DNA from: Marsupella aquatica
Lineage: Eukaryota > Plantae > Marchantiophyta
Direction of reading: 5' to 3'
Assembly: GCA_973895155.1 (NCBI GenBank)
Contig: OZ316897.1
Location: 15,809,375-15,873,374, forward strand
DNA: 64,000 nucleotides
Part shown: one piece after another, positions 39,849-53,037 of the stretch
Layout: every line of letters begins with the position of its first letter
How positions within the stretch are numbered: position 1 is the stretch's first letter
Program-made: the position numbers and the translations under genes
The notes under the pieces: model-generated
Database searches by the model: none
The model's input: only the letters and a program-made list of their open reading frames with translations
What the model was told of the DNA's origin: nothing

Positions 39849-41714
39849 TGTTAAACGCCAACTTCGACCTTGCGATTAATGGCCGTTTAACTACCTTCTC
39901 CTTCATGATCTTGTTTAAATGATTAACCGTCCTTCGAGAGGCGGCACTCCTTCTATCTCGACATAGTCTCCGTAAGTGAATCCGACCAAGTGCTCTTGAA
40001 TGTCGAGTTCCGTCTTCCACTTCTTAGGCACTTCAGCCTCGGCCAACACCAACCCCTCTCTATACACAATCTCAATGAACCCACACCACTCGCGGTAAGT
40101 GATCAAGCAAATCAGAATGTTCTCGTATAGTAACTGACGGGAAATAAGATGGGTACCGATAGAACAGATCCACAGTTCCAGTGATCTTAAGGTAATCAAG
40201 GAGCAAGACTTGTCGTCACTGCTGTCTACATTCATGGTTTTTAGTAGCCGTGACCTGATTAAATCCGGCTGTCCTTGGAATCTGCCTGCCTGGCAATTGA
40301 TTTCCGGATTGTGTGGGTGACTATGACAAGGTTACCCTAAGCAAGTACCCCAGTATCACGTTTACCCTTGTATGATGGAGGTGTATGACGACCAGTGTAT
40401 CGCCTTCAAAACACACTATCTCCAACCAGACACTGCTTCTCACTAGCTGTCTGTTCAACCTATACCTTGAGGCGCTGGCCCGTAAGGTTCTGGTTCGCAA
40501 TGAGACAATATTCATTCATCGTTGCGATTAACGAGTAACGACTTGCTGCATAAGGCAAATTCCTTCTCTCTTTCTCTCTCTCTCTTTGATTCGACGTTCT
40601 CATTCCCTGCTCAAGTGCGGACTTTACTCTGTTGCATTCATTCCAAACTCTCTCTTTATACTCAAAAACTACTCAACTGAGTAGGGACACTATTACAAAA
40701 TTGCTGGTATTCATAAGGTGAGCGGAGCTCTACCTTGCCCCAGACTTCTAGCAAAAAGTGACAGCGCCTAGCGCTCCACAGCCTCTAAATACCTATGCCT
40801 CGCGTCCGCCTTCGCCCGAGGCCTCTACTACTTCTTGGGGTGCACCGATTATAGTTGGACGACTCGCGCCTCCTCTTTGATCTCCTTCGCTCATTTATCA
40901 AGAACGCTAACTAATGCCTACCAGAACGATGAGTGGAAGCCAAGAACTGCTGATTACTATGTCAAGAAGTTCTGTCTTCCTGGTTACTGAACTGTGCAAC
41001 GGCCTCCTTGATTCCCTTTGGTTGCGCCTAATCCGGAAGCTTCCGGACTTCCGATTGTTAATCTTGCCATATGTGCCTCGACCTCCTGACTTCTGTCATC
41101 TTCCTTGGGGTTGCTTGGTTCGCCGGCCACGATTACTTGTTCGGCGGTGATTAATCGCCACGTAATCCGCTGATCGTGGTTGTTCTCCCGTCTTAGCAGC
41201 AGATTCCATTTCTTCCGCATGACCTTTCTACAGAGTTCTTCGATGGCCTCGCCGGTGGTGAATCGTTGGCGGAACTCTTCGCCCTTCATTCCGAACAATT
41301 GTTGCCCCGCCGCATCCCATACACGACAGCTTCCTTCTTTGATCCGAATAGTGAACATGAACATAGGCACTCCTTCGCCTAGCAACTTACACTCATGAGC
41401 TAACCGATTCCTACTAACGGGGGTTCCTATATTCGCCCCCCTTTGCCTTCTCTGTCGAGCTCTTGTGCCTAAGGCACATACTCTGCCATCTGCTAGTAGG
41501 CCATCGCAGCCTTCATAGCAGAACTCGACTCCTACACGACCGTTAATCGAGATGATCGTCGCCTCCCCTACTTCCAGCCTTTCTGTCATCTCAACAAAAT
41601 GAATAACCGCTGGTCCTCGCTTACTACTTCCTAAATACTCTTGGTTGACCTCTAGTTGACACTTCTAAACCTAAAAAAACTATAATATCGCCGGTGTAAT
41701 TTTTATCGTTTACA
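39849..41714 (-). repeat. 5' LTR of the gypsy element (minus-strand TATAAA at 40655-40660)
   Basis: Directly upstream of the PBS on the minus strand; near-identical to 28341-30206. Confidence 0.97.
40984..41589 (-). CDS. LTR(U3)-encoded RPA70-C-like ORF, 5' LTR copy
   Basis: Translation identical to 29476-30081. Confidence 0.6.
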   Translation of the reverse strand: MTERLEVGEATIISINGRVGVEFCYEGCDGLLADGRVCALGTRARQRRQRGANIGTPVSRNRLAHECKLLGEGVPMFMFTIRIKEGSCRVWDAAGQQLFGMKGEEFRQRFTTGEAIEELCRKVMRKKWNLLLRRENNHDQRITWRLITAEQVIVAGEPSNPKEDDRSQEVEAHMARLTIGSPEASGLGATKGNQGGRCTVQ

Positions 41715-41736
41715 GTTATCTATGTATATGGAAATG

Positions 41737-41740
<4 letters not shown>

Positions 41741-41804
<64 letters not shown>
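41741..41804. repeat. (CT)n microsatellite
   Basis: Perfect dinucleotide run. Confidence 0.97.
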
Positions 41805-41810
<6 letters not shown>

Positions 41811-42906
41811 ACATTGGAAAGAAATTTTCTTTCGGGCCCTTGCCGGTGACGGGTGCCAATTTGGCTTCATTGGTACTGCATTCCTTTGTATTGTTGGGGG
41901 GTACATTTTTTTGTGGCTTTTTTGGGGGGGCTTTTTTGGCACATTGTGTGTGTACCCCTCCCCAGGCCCCCTCGTCGACCCTCCCCCCCATCGCGACCCT
42001 GCAGCCGGCCCGCCCCGCAGCGCCGACCGGCGCATACCCCTATGCACCTGCAGCCAGTGGCTGCCCCCGCCCCTCCTTGCTTGTTCCTGCTGCCTCGGCA
42101 GCTGTTTTACGGCTGCGCCCTCACCGGCCCGCCCTCGCCTCCCGGTCCTTCCTAGCCGGTATGCGGCAGCGTACTGCCACCGCTCGATACCCCCGCGCAT
42201 ACCCTGGCCTTATACGCCTGATTTAAAAAGGGGTCCCCAACCCCCTTTAGACCCTTATTTTTTTAAATTTCTTTTTCCTCCCTTCTGATTGGCTACCACA
42301 TCCCGGGACCTGCCGCCCTCCACTTTAACCGCTTGGACAGGGGGAACGGCCCCTGTGAGCCCTGCTGCTCTGTGCAAGAATATTCTTGAAAAACAAAGAG
42401 CATATTTTTGGCCGTCCGTCGAAGATTCCGTCCGCCAAACGGTAACTTTTTTTTGTTCATCTTCGGCAAGTTGCTAGCCATCGGAGTTGGCAATGCTGTA
42501 CACAAATTGAATTGCATTTCCGGTATCGAGTACTAGTTCACTTTTTGGTTATTCCCTGAGGTGGTCAAAACGGGGGAGAATTCCAAGTTTTACCCATCCC
42601 GACCAAAAAGTGAATAACTTTTACGTTGGAGTTCAGTTTTGATTATGGTTTTCAGCATTGGAGAGCTAGGCTTGTGGGCTACGCGGCGGTGATAAGTTTT
42701 GAGTTTTTTGAAGAAGTTGAAAAAAATGTCATTTTTTCTTGCATTCTCACATGAGTGATTCGGAGGAGTTTTTCGAAGAAGTGGATCTTGAAGCACGGGG
42801 ATCACCACGACGGTTTGAGGAGGAGAGAGAAGAGAAGGAGAAAGTGCACGTGACACCGGTACAATCATCGGTGCAGCAAGTAGAAGGGATTGTGAAGGAA
42901 AAATAG

Positions 42907-45900
42907 ATGGCATCCAGGTTCGGAGGTGTCAAGTTTGAGGTGAAAAAGTATGATGGGCGTACGGACTACTTGCTCTAGGAGAAGCAAGTGAAAGGAGTTC
43001 TTCGCGCTATGGGCCTAGATCATCTTCTCTCTACACGAGAGATGTACGATGATGAGGAGGAGATTCCACTAAAGAGGTGGAGGTAGGAACAAGTAATTGC
43101 AGTGAATGCGGTGATGCTTTATTTGAAGCCGCATATCATCAAGAAGTTGGATGACTACGCGGATTGTGTGTCTCTGTTCAAAGCCCTAAGGGAGAAGTAC
43201 TATCGGGAGGATGCATCAGATCGATTGTACAAGAAGTCTCTCTTAATGAGCCTTAGGCTCAAAGAGGGGAACAAGCTTCAGGATCACTTGGATGAATTTG
43301 ATAGCCTAGCTGTTGATTTGTCTAATCTCGGTAAGGGCGTTGAAGAAGAGGATAAGGCCTTGCTTCTTCTCAGCTCCTTACCCCCATCTTATCAGGGTTT
43401 GAAGCAGGTTCTCTTGTATAGAGACTTGAAATCTATTTCATACGATGAGGTGGTAAGCTCTTTGCTGTCAGATGATGCACAGAAGAAGTTGGGTCAGGCC
43501 TCATTCACAATTGGGTGTACCTCACAGGAACCACTTTCAGGACTCAAAAACATGCTTTTTTAGTGAAAAATTATTTTTGTAACATGGAAAAAGGTTCATC
43601 ATGATTTTAACTAAAGACATTTTAGTCTAATTTTTTCACAAGACTATTTTACATGGTGTAACCTACCTCACCATGTGGATACATCAAGTTTTCAACTGTT
43701 TTAAGGGATCCTGTTATTGATGGCCCTAAATAAGCCAAAATTATTGATTATTTTTGTCCTGTACATAAAGGTTTAGTGTGTGTCACTATTTAAGTTTTGA
43801 AATATAAGATTATGCTATTAGTATGCATGCTTTGGTAAAATTTCATTGTCTAAAATGCATTTTTCAGAGTCCTTTTGAGTCCTGAAATGATGTGACCCGT
43901 TGCGTGACAAGTCCTTTTATCAATCTTTGAAGGACATATAAGGAAAGCTTCAAAGTCTCAAATGCTAGATAGTTTAATGAATGTTACCAACCTATAGGAT
44001 GTTTATTAAGTATAGTACATCAAATTTTCTATATCATTTCATTACACCCTAAAAATGATATCCTAAAGCATAATAAACTAAGGTCACTTTTGAGTATGAC
44101 GTTCCTTTTGGGTCCTCCAATTATGAATGAGGCCGTCAAGCCCAGACAGCATCATCATCTGGTGCTGCCTTCAATGTGAATCGTGGGAGGTCACAGCGGT
44201 GTCCTGAGCAGCGCATGAATGGCAAGGGATGAAGTAAATCTAGGACAAGATTTGCTTCCAGGGAGAAGTCCTAGGAGAGAAAGTCAGTAGTCTGTTGGAA
44301 GTGTCACAAGGTTGGTCACGTTAAGAGGGATTGTAAGGGTAAGGCAGCTGAATCTTCATCAGCCAATGTGGCTAGTGCTGATGGAGAAGTTGATTTACTC
44401 AATGATGAGTATATTTTATGAAGTCAGGAGTATGCCCTATGCACATCATCTAGGAGAGAAAATGATGTGTGGATTCTTGATTGTGCTTGCTCCTTTCACA
44501 TTTGTTACATTCGCGAGTATTTCAATTCTTATTCTGTGTCAAACGGTTTAGTTTTGATGAGAAATGATCACTCCTGTCGAGTTGAGGGTATTGGGTCTGT
44601 AAAGATTCAAATGTTTGATGGCATTGTGCGCACAGTGTTCGGAGTCAGGTTTGTACCTGGCATGTGTAAGAATTTGATTTCACTCGGTGTGTTGGATACA
44701 AATAGTCATCAATGGCGAGTAATTGATGGTGAACTTCAAGTCATGTTAGGAGAGATAGTGATTTTGAAGGGGAGCAGACAAAAGAATTTGTATGTGCTCT
44801 AGGGCAATACAGTATGTGGAGAGGCCAATGTAACCAAGTCTCACGAGGAAATGACTCAACTGTGACATTCATAGCTAGGCCACATGAGTGAGAAGGGTTT
44901 GGCTATCTTTGCGGAAGAATGGGCTCATTTCTGATTTGCAGTCTTGTAAATTGGGATTCTGTGAGCATTGCATTTTTGGAAAACAGCATCGTCGTGCTTT
45001 CGGTGTTGGAACTCATCGTTCCAAAGCGGTTCTTGGGTACATACATAGTGACGTGTGGGGACCATCCCCGACTCCCTCACATTCTAGAAAATTGTACTAT
45101 GTATCCTTCATTGACGATTACTCAAGATTTGTATGGATTTATTTCATGACGCATAAGTCTGATGTCTTGTCCATTTTTACAAAGTGGAAGGCCCAAGTGG
45201 AGAATCAGACAGGAAACACGGTTAAGTGTTTGGATACCAGGGTGAAGAGTCTCAGGTCAGACAACGGTGGGGAGTACACTTCAATAGAATTTGAAGAGTA
45301 CTGTGCAGAACAGGGGATAACTCGCCATCTCATCACAGTTTATACTCCGCAGCAGAATGGTGTCGCTAAGAGGCTCAATCAAACACTATTAGAGCGGTCA
45401 TGGAGTATGCTGAGCCAATCAGATTTACTATAGGAATTTTGGGCAAAAGTTGTCAATACTGCAGCTTATTTGGTAATTTTTCTCCTTCTAGTGCAATCAA
45501 TTTCAAAACGCCATTTGAAATGCGTTATAAGCGGCAAGCAGACTATCATGGCTTGGTAGTTTTTGGAAGTGATGCATATGCTCTCACACCAAAGCAGAAT
45601 AGGACCAAGTTGGATCCTACATCCAAGAAATGTATTTTTCTTGGGTATCAGAGTGGTGTGAAGGCCTACAGGCTAAGGGATCCTATTGCTTGTAAGCTCG
45701 TTGTCAGTAGGGATGTTTCCTTCAATGAATCCAGATTATTGAAGGAGGGGGAGAATACTCAGGTCTCCCGTACTGACAAAGGAAAATCTCCTATCCCGGA
45801 TCTCGTTGAGGGGGAGATTGATCATGAAGTGCATGATCAAAGAGAAGAAGGTGCTCCAAGCATGGAGTTGGTTCCTATGCCAGAGGAACAAGAGGAGCTT

Positions 45901-47518
45901 GTTGATGTTGGTGAGCAGCAAGTGGATGTTGTTGAGCTTCAAATTGTACCAGTAGACGCAATTCAACCGGAGTCATCGGCTAGAAGAACATCTGGTCGCA
46001 CTATACACGCTCCTCCTAGGTATGGACAGTGGGTTGATTCATCTCAACTGCAAGAGGATGATTTTGCAGCTGATGATGAGGGTGATGCGTTAATTTTGAA
46101 AGAAGAGGAACCTTCTTCATTTCATGAGGCAAGTGCTTCAAAGGAGAAGCAGAAGTGGACTGCAGCAATGCAAACGGAGATGCAGTCATTGAAGGACAAC
46201 AAAACTTGGGAGCTTGTTAAGCTGCCTAAGGGTCAGCAAATGGTGGACAGCAAGTGGATTTACAAGCTGAAGGATAATTCCGGAGGAGGTGGATCGAAGG
46301 TCTACAAGGCTAGGGTGGTAGCAAAGGGATTCACACAAGAGAAAGGTGTGGATTACAATGAGGTCTTCTCACCAGTTGCTAAGTACTCTACAATACGGCT
46401 GTTGTGTGTACTTGTTGTAATGTTTGGTTTGCTGCTAGATTAGATGGATGTTGTCACAACTTTCCTCTATGGCACCTTGGAAGAGGTGATCTTCATGAGA
46501 CAGCCGCTAGGTTTTGTGAGGAGAGGACAGGAGGAATTGGTTTGCAGATTGCTGAAATCCTTGTATGGGTTGAAGCAGTCACCAAGACAGTGGAATAAGC
46601 AGTTTGACGATTGGATTTTGTCACAAGGTTTTCACATGAGTGTGTTGACCCTTGTGTATATTTGAAACCGGTGAAGAATGTTGTCTTTGGGTTCATTGTT
46701 TTAGTACTTTATGTGGATGACATGCTTATTGCGGCCAAGGATAGGTCTGAGATTGTTAAGCTTAAGGCACTGCTAAGTGCAGAGTTTAAGATGAAGGACC
46801 TAGGGCCAGCTAAGAGGATTTTGGGTATGGAGATCACTAGGGACTTGGAGGTTGGTAAGCTATGGTTGACACAAAGCAGTTATGTAAGGAAGGTAATTGC
46901 TAGGTTCAACATGGGGGATAGTAAGTCAGTAAGTACCCCTTTGGCTGCACACTTCAAATTGTCATCAGCTTTTTGTCCCACAGATGCGATAGAGAAGGGG
47001 CTGATGTCAAAGGTTTCTTATGATAAGGCAGTGGGAAGTCTCATGTATTTGATGACTTGCACTAAACCTGATCTTGCCATGGCTATGGGCAAGGTGAGCA
47101 GGTACATGTCAAATCCAGGGAAGGTACACTGGGAAGCAGTGAAGTGGATTATCAGGTACTTGAAGGGTACCGTGGATCATGGTCTTTTATTTGATGCAAA
47201 TGCAAAGAATGCGAGATCATTGATTGACTATGTAGATTCTGACTATGGACAAGATCTGGACCGAAGGAGATCAACAATAGGGTATGTGTTCACACTTGGC
47301 GGTGGATGCATAAGTTGGAGGTCTATTTTGCAGAAGTGTATTGCTCAGTCTACTATAGAAGCGGAGTATGTTGCAGCAGCAGAAGCAGCAAAGGAAGTGA
47401 TTTGGTTGGATAGACTTATCATTGAAATGGGATTGCCACAAGGGAATGTGATGCTCCATTGTGATAGTCAGAGTGCGCTCCACCTTACTGTGAACCAGGT
47501 GATGGACAGTAGAGTAAA
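42907..47518 (+). mobile_element. Decayed Ty1/copia retrotransposon gag-pol (Tnt1/Tork-like), 3' truncated in RNase H
   Basis: Gag KFEVKKYDG, LLLLSSLPPSY. Knuckle CWKCHKVGHVKRDC. Protease WILDCACSFH. Integrase CEHCIFGKQ, HSDVWGP, LRSDNGGEY, TPQQNG. RT KARVVAKGFTQ, LYGLKQSPRQW, LYVDDML. RNase H YVDSD...EAEY. Multiple stops and frameshifts. Confidence 0.93.
43497..44134. mobile_element. Non-autonomous TIR element (MITE, 638 bp) inserted in copia gag
   Basis: TIRs GGCCTCATTCACAATTGG / CCAATTATGAATGAGGCC. 4-bp TSD GTCA at 43493-43496 and 44135-44138. The gag sequence resumes after the insert. Confidence 0.88.
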
Positions 47519-50252
47519 CGCAAAAACATGTGTCCAAAGTGTTCATGGCACAACTAGTGGTTGAACAATGATGAGTATAGGGTCCCGCACCTAGTGGAGG
47601 GGGTTCTCAGCTCTATGTGGGGCCCCATGGCACTCTAGGGCCCACCTCCAGCCCCTAGCCCGAAACTGGTCATTTGTGCTTCTGCTTAATGATTGCACAA
47701 AGGACCCCTCAAATGACCACAAATCCAATCATTTGACTTATGTGACACCCCATATGACAGATTTAATGACACTACTTGTAGTCATTGGTATTTATGACAC
47801 CAATTTTTTCAGAAATGACTCAATGAAGATTACACTACCTTCTTGAGTGCCCCGTCACTATTCATTTGCAAAATAGAATATTCCCCATCCAAACACCGGC
47901 ACAAACATGACACAATTACATGGAAGGACAACAGCCTTGCACTACTTCTTGTAAAGACAAAAAAAATGGCTTCATTTCCTTTTAGATAGGATGGTATGCA
48001 TCAATGGTGACACATTTGGCAAATCACTCCAAAGTCATATGACTTGGGAGTGATTTCCCCAAGATTATATCATCCCTTAAGTAAACACAAAAACATGGCT
48101 CCAAACTGCTAATGGTGCAACTAGTGGTTGGAGAATAATAATTATAGTATTTGACACCTAGTGGAGGGGTTGCGGGCTCTATGTGGTGCCACATGGCACT
48201 CTAGGGCCCACCTCCAGCCCCTAGCCCCAAACTGGTCATTTGTGCTTTTCCTTAATGATTGCATGAGGGACCCCTCAAATGACCACAAATCCAGTTATAA
48301 GACTGATATGACTCTCCATATGACAGTTTTAATGACCCTACTTTTAGTCATTGGTATTAATGACGGGCCATTGCTCACATATGACCCAATAAAGGCCCTA
48401 GTACCTCCACAGAGAACCAGCTTTAGATTCCTTGCAAGATTGGAATATTCCTCTTCCCTAATCCCGCACCCACACCATACTGAGAAGCACAACTCCCCTG
48501 CCCATTCAATTGGTGCAGCACTACCTCTTGGAGAACCAAAAAACAACTTTTATTTGCCTTTGGATGTGATGGTATGCATGCATGGTGACACTTTTGGCAA
48601 ATCACTCCAAAGTCGTACGACTTGGGAGTGATTTCCCCAAAGGTGTATCATGCCTTAAGTAAACGTAAAAACATGTGTCCAAAGTGTTTATGTCGCAACT
48701 AGTGGTTGGACAATGATGAGTATAGTGTCCCGCACCCAGTGGAGGGGTTCTCACCTCTATGTGGGGCCCCATGGCACTCTAGGGCCCACCTCAAGCCCCT
48801 AACCCCAAACTGGTCATTTGTGCTTTTCCTTAATGATTGCATGAGGGACCCCTCAAATGACCACAAATCCGGTCATTAGACTGATATGACTCTCCATATG
48901 ACAGTTTTAATGACCCTACTTGTAGTCATTGGTATTTGTGATGCAAATGTTTTTTGTTCAAATGACCCAATAAAGATTACACTAGCTCCTTGAATGCCCC
49001 ATCACTATTTATTTGCAAATTAAAATATTCCCCATCCAAACACCGGCACAAACATGACACAATTACAACAAAGGATGACAACCTTCCATTGGTATTGCCC
49101 TACTTCTTGAAGAGACAAAAAGGTTTCATTTGCCTTTGGATACAATAGTATGTGCGCATCTATATATGGTGACACTTCTGGAAAATCACTCCAAAGGTGT
49201 ATAACTTGGGAGTGATTTCCCCAAAGCTAGGTGCATCATGCCTAAAGTAAATGCAAGACATGTGTTCAAATTGCTAATGCCGCAACCAGTGGGAGGACAA
49301 TGATGAGTATTGTGTCCCACACTTAGTGGAAGGGTTATCAACTATATCAATGACTCTACAATTATGACCGGTATCTGGAATGACTATTGAGTATTTTAAT
49401 CTTCATACCTCTTGGGTTCTTTAATGACTCTATAAGTAGTCATTTATGCAATAAGTCCATAATGACTATATGTTATTGTAAACATTGATATATTGTGATT
49501 TTTAGATTGACCCTATATTTGGTCATTTATGCGACAAGTCCATAATGACAGTATGTTGTTGTAAACACCGATATATCCTAATTTCAAGATTGACTCTAGA
49601 GTTAGGCATTTATGAGAGAAGTCCATAATGACGGTATGTTCTTGTAAACACTGATATGTCCTAATTTTAAGATTGACCCTAGAGTTAGTCATTTATGAGA
49701 GAAGTCCATAACGATGGTATGTTCTTGTAAACACTGATATGTCCTAATTTCAAGATTGACCCTAGAGTTAGTCATTTATGGGAGAAGTCCATAATGACAA
49801 TATGTTGTTGTAAACACTGATATATTCTCATTTTTAGATTGACCCTATATTTTGTCATTTAACACCGTTGGTTAAAATGACGGTAATACATTTTTTGCCA
49901 TTTATCACCGTTGTCCAAAATGACCCAAATAGATTTTTGGTCATTTCAATCATTGTCCAGAGTGACTATAATGTTGCTAAACACTAATTTATCATTGTTG
50001 TTATTAATTGCCTCATTTAGGACATGTATCTAAATTGACCATTTAAGGAAATTGGGTCATTTTGGTCGCATCAGTCATTATAGACATTATACAAAATGAC
50101 GCAAAAGTTAACATTTTGTCATTTCAGTCTATAATTGGTCATTGTGGACAGTCATTCCCTTGTCATTCTTTTTGTGTCATTAGAAATTTTGGTCATTTAT
50201 TCATCTCCGTCATTGGGTGATTGGTCATAAAGGGCCCTATTTTCTTCTAGTG
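47514..50252. mobile_element. CACTA (EnSpm)-type element right end with internal tandem repeats
   Basis: Ends in TTTTCTTCTAGTG (reverse complement CACTAGAAGAAAA) with dense AATGAC/GTCATT subterminal motifs. Contains about three ~575-bp units (47514, 48081, 48659, 49247) and about 4.5 83-bp units (49505-49860). Confidence 0.7.
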
Positions 50253-50734
50253 AGCTATTGTTAATGACATGGTTAAAGACTTGCAATGGAGCTATCAAAC
50301 CGGTTTATCAAAATGACATTAGTGCTAGTCATCTTTGGTGGGGGTAATTGTAACGTGTGAGCAAACAGTAAAATTTTTCCTCGCACGAGCAAAAACAATT
50401 CCTGCATGACCCCTATTTTTCTACATGCAACTGCCTCGCTATCAACTACCTGGTTGGTAACATCCCTTTTGGGGACTCCCTTTTTGCTAGCGAGCTCGCT
50501 AGCCATCTGCAGCCTTTAAAAATACCAAAAAAATGTAAAAGGCACCAAAAAGTAACTAAAATTTGGAATCATTATTGTCTCGCTATCAAAATCTACTCGC
50601 TATCAAAATCTCCTGTTTGCTCGCAACATAGAATACCTCCTTTGGTGGGTGAGTGTCTGGGTGATCGAGAGAAATTATGCATGTGTGGTAACTTTCAGGT
50701 TAAGAGTTTAGTAGTAGTTTCCCTACCCCTAGGG

Positions 50735-51185
50735 TGTTGAGCAAAGACAACATTCACAACCACAAGCCCATGATCATCCAATGCACAAGAAGTCGACACA
50801 AAGAGATACATGGTTAAGAGCAAAGACAATATTGATAATGACAAGCCCATGATCATCCAACACACAAGTAGTTGACACAAAGAGATACATGGTTCACCTT
50901 GGCTGACGCTATGTCCACCGCCAGAACACTGTCACGAGAGCTTAACTACACTCTAGGCGCATCGACCATCTGGAGTAGACCTATGTAATACAAGTTATGC
51001 CTATCTCTCAACTAGCTCTGTAACAATGAGCCTGATCTCGAGCCTGAGTTCCTCCTACCGGGAAAACACCGCTTGTGATATAGTATGCACAATGACAAAT
51101 AAACCTGACCAAGTCTGTGACTAAGGTTGCCCTAATTGTGATTACATTTTTAACCCTAGGCCTAAGACTGAGTAAATGCCTAACA
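50735..51185 (-). mobile_element. Solo LTR of the copia family at 25969
   Basis: TG...CA ends. Reverse-complement homology to 25969-26311. Flanks TAGGG/TAAGG form a near-perfect 5-bp TSD. Confidence 0.75.
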
Positions 51186-51232
51186 TAAGGTTGATCCTAG
51201 TAATTTGGTACTATTCTATTGGTTCTACACCA

Positions 51233-51786
51233 TGAGATCCTCTTTGGTGGATGAGAGAAATTATGCATGTATTTTGGTGCCACAAACTAAATACAAGACT
51301 AAATATTAATTTCCTTCCCCCAAGCTAGGGCACATTCCTCTTCTTTGCTGTGAATAAACTGTAAGTCTAGTGGGGTACTTTGAGATCACAATGAGGACCC
51401 CTGGAATTTGGCTAAGAAATCTAGCCTTGCAATTTCAGAAAAATGGTATTTACATGCATTACTTAGAACAAAACTGACAAAAGGTAGGATATCAAGGAGT
51501 TAAATTTCACTAAGAGAAAATAGCCAGGCTATGCTCAATCATCCACATAGTCACATTGCCATTGAGAATTAGAGAACAAGATGACAGCCCAGGTAAGCAA
51601 CTCTTGTATAAAAGGCAGGGGGTGAGGGCAGCGTCTACAGTATTATATGGACTAGAAAGTTGGCTATAAAAAATTCAAAATTCAAAAAACCTGAGTTTTC
51701 CACTTTTAACACTTTAAAATCACTAAAAATGTTTTGGTTTTCTTCTTTTTCATCATAAAATTAAAATATTCCTGAACATGTTGTAA
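51233..51786 (+). repeat. Dispersed repeat, copy 2 of 13835-14310
   Basis: Collinear high identity, with an extra block of about 60 bp. Confidence 0.85.
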
Positions 51787-53037
51787 ATCGAAGGTACAGT
51801 GGAAGCACTAAAAGAGGCATGGATAGAGGGGAAAAGAGAGTGCACAGAACCACTCTTGGCATTTGATAAGGCAAGCCGTAACATGAGGAGGATATAAATC
51901 GAGAAGCAAGGGTCACCCAAGAGAAGAGAAGAAGAAATGTTGCTAATGCAAAACCAACTAAGAGTGCTGAAGACAGCGATTATGGAGGAATGCACAGAAA
52001 CTGAACTGAAAGATTATGTAGATATGGCTAAGGGGGGTCACTATATGGAGGCCATACATTGCGTGCAAAGTTTTAGGGTTTGACCCCCCTAACTTTTAAG
52101 TGAAAAATATTTTTTTGCAAAGCCCTTTCTTTCTTAAAATTTTGTCATTTTTTATTAAAAAACCCCTAAAAACTTTACAGAAAGTATTTTTTGTAATTAA
52201 TAGGCCTATGTGTTCTTTAAAGTCGACCAATCAATAAAACATGTCCTATGTGTTCTTCCACCAAACTTTCAATTGGAAGTCTTCCACCACACTCATTAAT
52301 TTAAATGGGCCTATACTTTGTCGCACGTGATGTGTCACTTCTGTGGAAGTGACCCCCGAGAGAGATATGGAAGACATAGTACATGCTGCTAAACTAGAGG
52401 AGGCACACAGAGGGAGGTGGCTGGCAAGAATCAAATGGTTGGGGGAGGGAGATGAGCCCTCAAAATTATATTTTGCCACGGTGAAAGCAAAACGTGAAAG
52501 AGAAGCAATGAAGAGCCTGCTACTGGACGACAGAAGGGAGCTCAAGGACCCAGGGTTAATAATGAAGGAGGTGGAAAGAATGTGCTTTGAACTGTATGCC
52601 CTAGGGGAACCTTCACAGCAAGAGAAAAGAGCAATACTGAATGAAAGAAGCAGGCTCCTTAGCCACACGCGGTCGGCACTTCCAAATGAGGAGGTCACCT
52701 GGTTGGAGAGGTTGTCGACAAACAAGGAAATAAACAAAACACTGTGGATGCTCCCAAAGGATAAGGCGCCCGGGCCTGACGGGCTATCAGTTGAGGTATA
52801 TCAGGCTTGTTGGGAGTTCATCCAAGAGGAAGTGGTGGCAATGATCCAGGAATATTGGCTAACAGGGAGACTAGGAGGTGGGATGATCAAGGAGGGGACA
52901 ATTAAACTAATCCCCAAGAAGCTGGATAAGCGGAAACTTAAGGATTGGAGACCTTTAACTATGCTGAATATTGTCTACAAGTTGATAGCTAAACTACTGG
53001 CGTGCAAACTGATCAGGGTGCTGCCCCAGCTGATTAG
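51787..53037 (+). mobile_element. LINE (L1/Tx1-type) ORF2 fragment, up to the start of the RT domain
   Basis: RIKWLGEGDEPSKLYF...KDKAPGPDGLSVEVYQACWEFI...IKLIPKK...DWRPLTMLNIVYKLIAKLLA..L..VLPQLIS. Confidence 0.88.
52033..52357. mobile_element. MITE (about 325 bp) inserted in the LINE
   Basis: AT-rich insert bounded by GGGGGTCACT / AGTGACCCCC. Flanks AAG/GAG form an imperfect 3-bp TSD. Confidence 0.65.

Larger units (their letters stand above)
28341..41714 (-). mobile_element. Full-length Ty3/gypsy LTR retrotransposon, non-chromovirus (Athila/Phygy/Tat-like), 13,374 bp
   Basis: 1866-bp direct repeats with TG...CA ends. 5-bp TSD GTTAT at 28336-28340 and 41715-41719. PBS and PPT present. Domain order gag-PR-RT-RH-IN. 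No chromodomain or extra RNase H seen. Confidence 0.97.

Noticed and set aside
41703-42290. ORFs with ERERER runs or GC-rich Pro/Gly content (also 26846-27235)
   Set aside because: Artefacts of (CT)n microsatellites and low-complexity GC-rich DNA.
49505-49860. CRISPR-like regularly spaced repeats
   Set aside because: The whole 83-bp units are near-identical, so this is a simple tandem repeat in a TE end.
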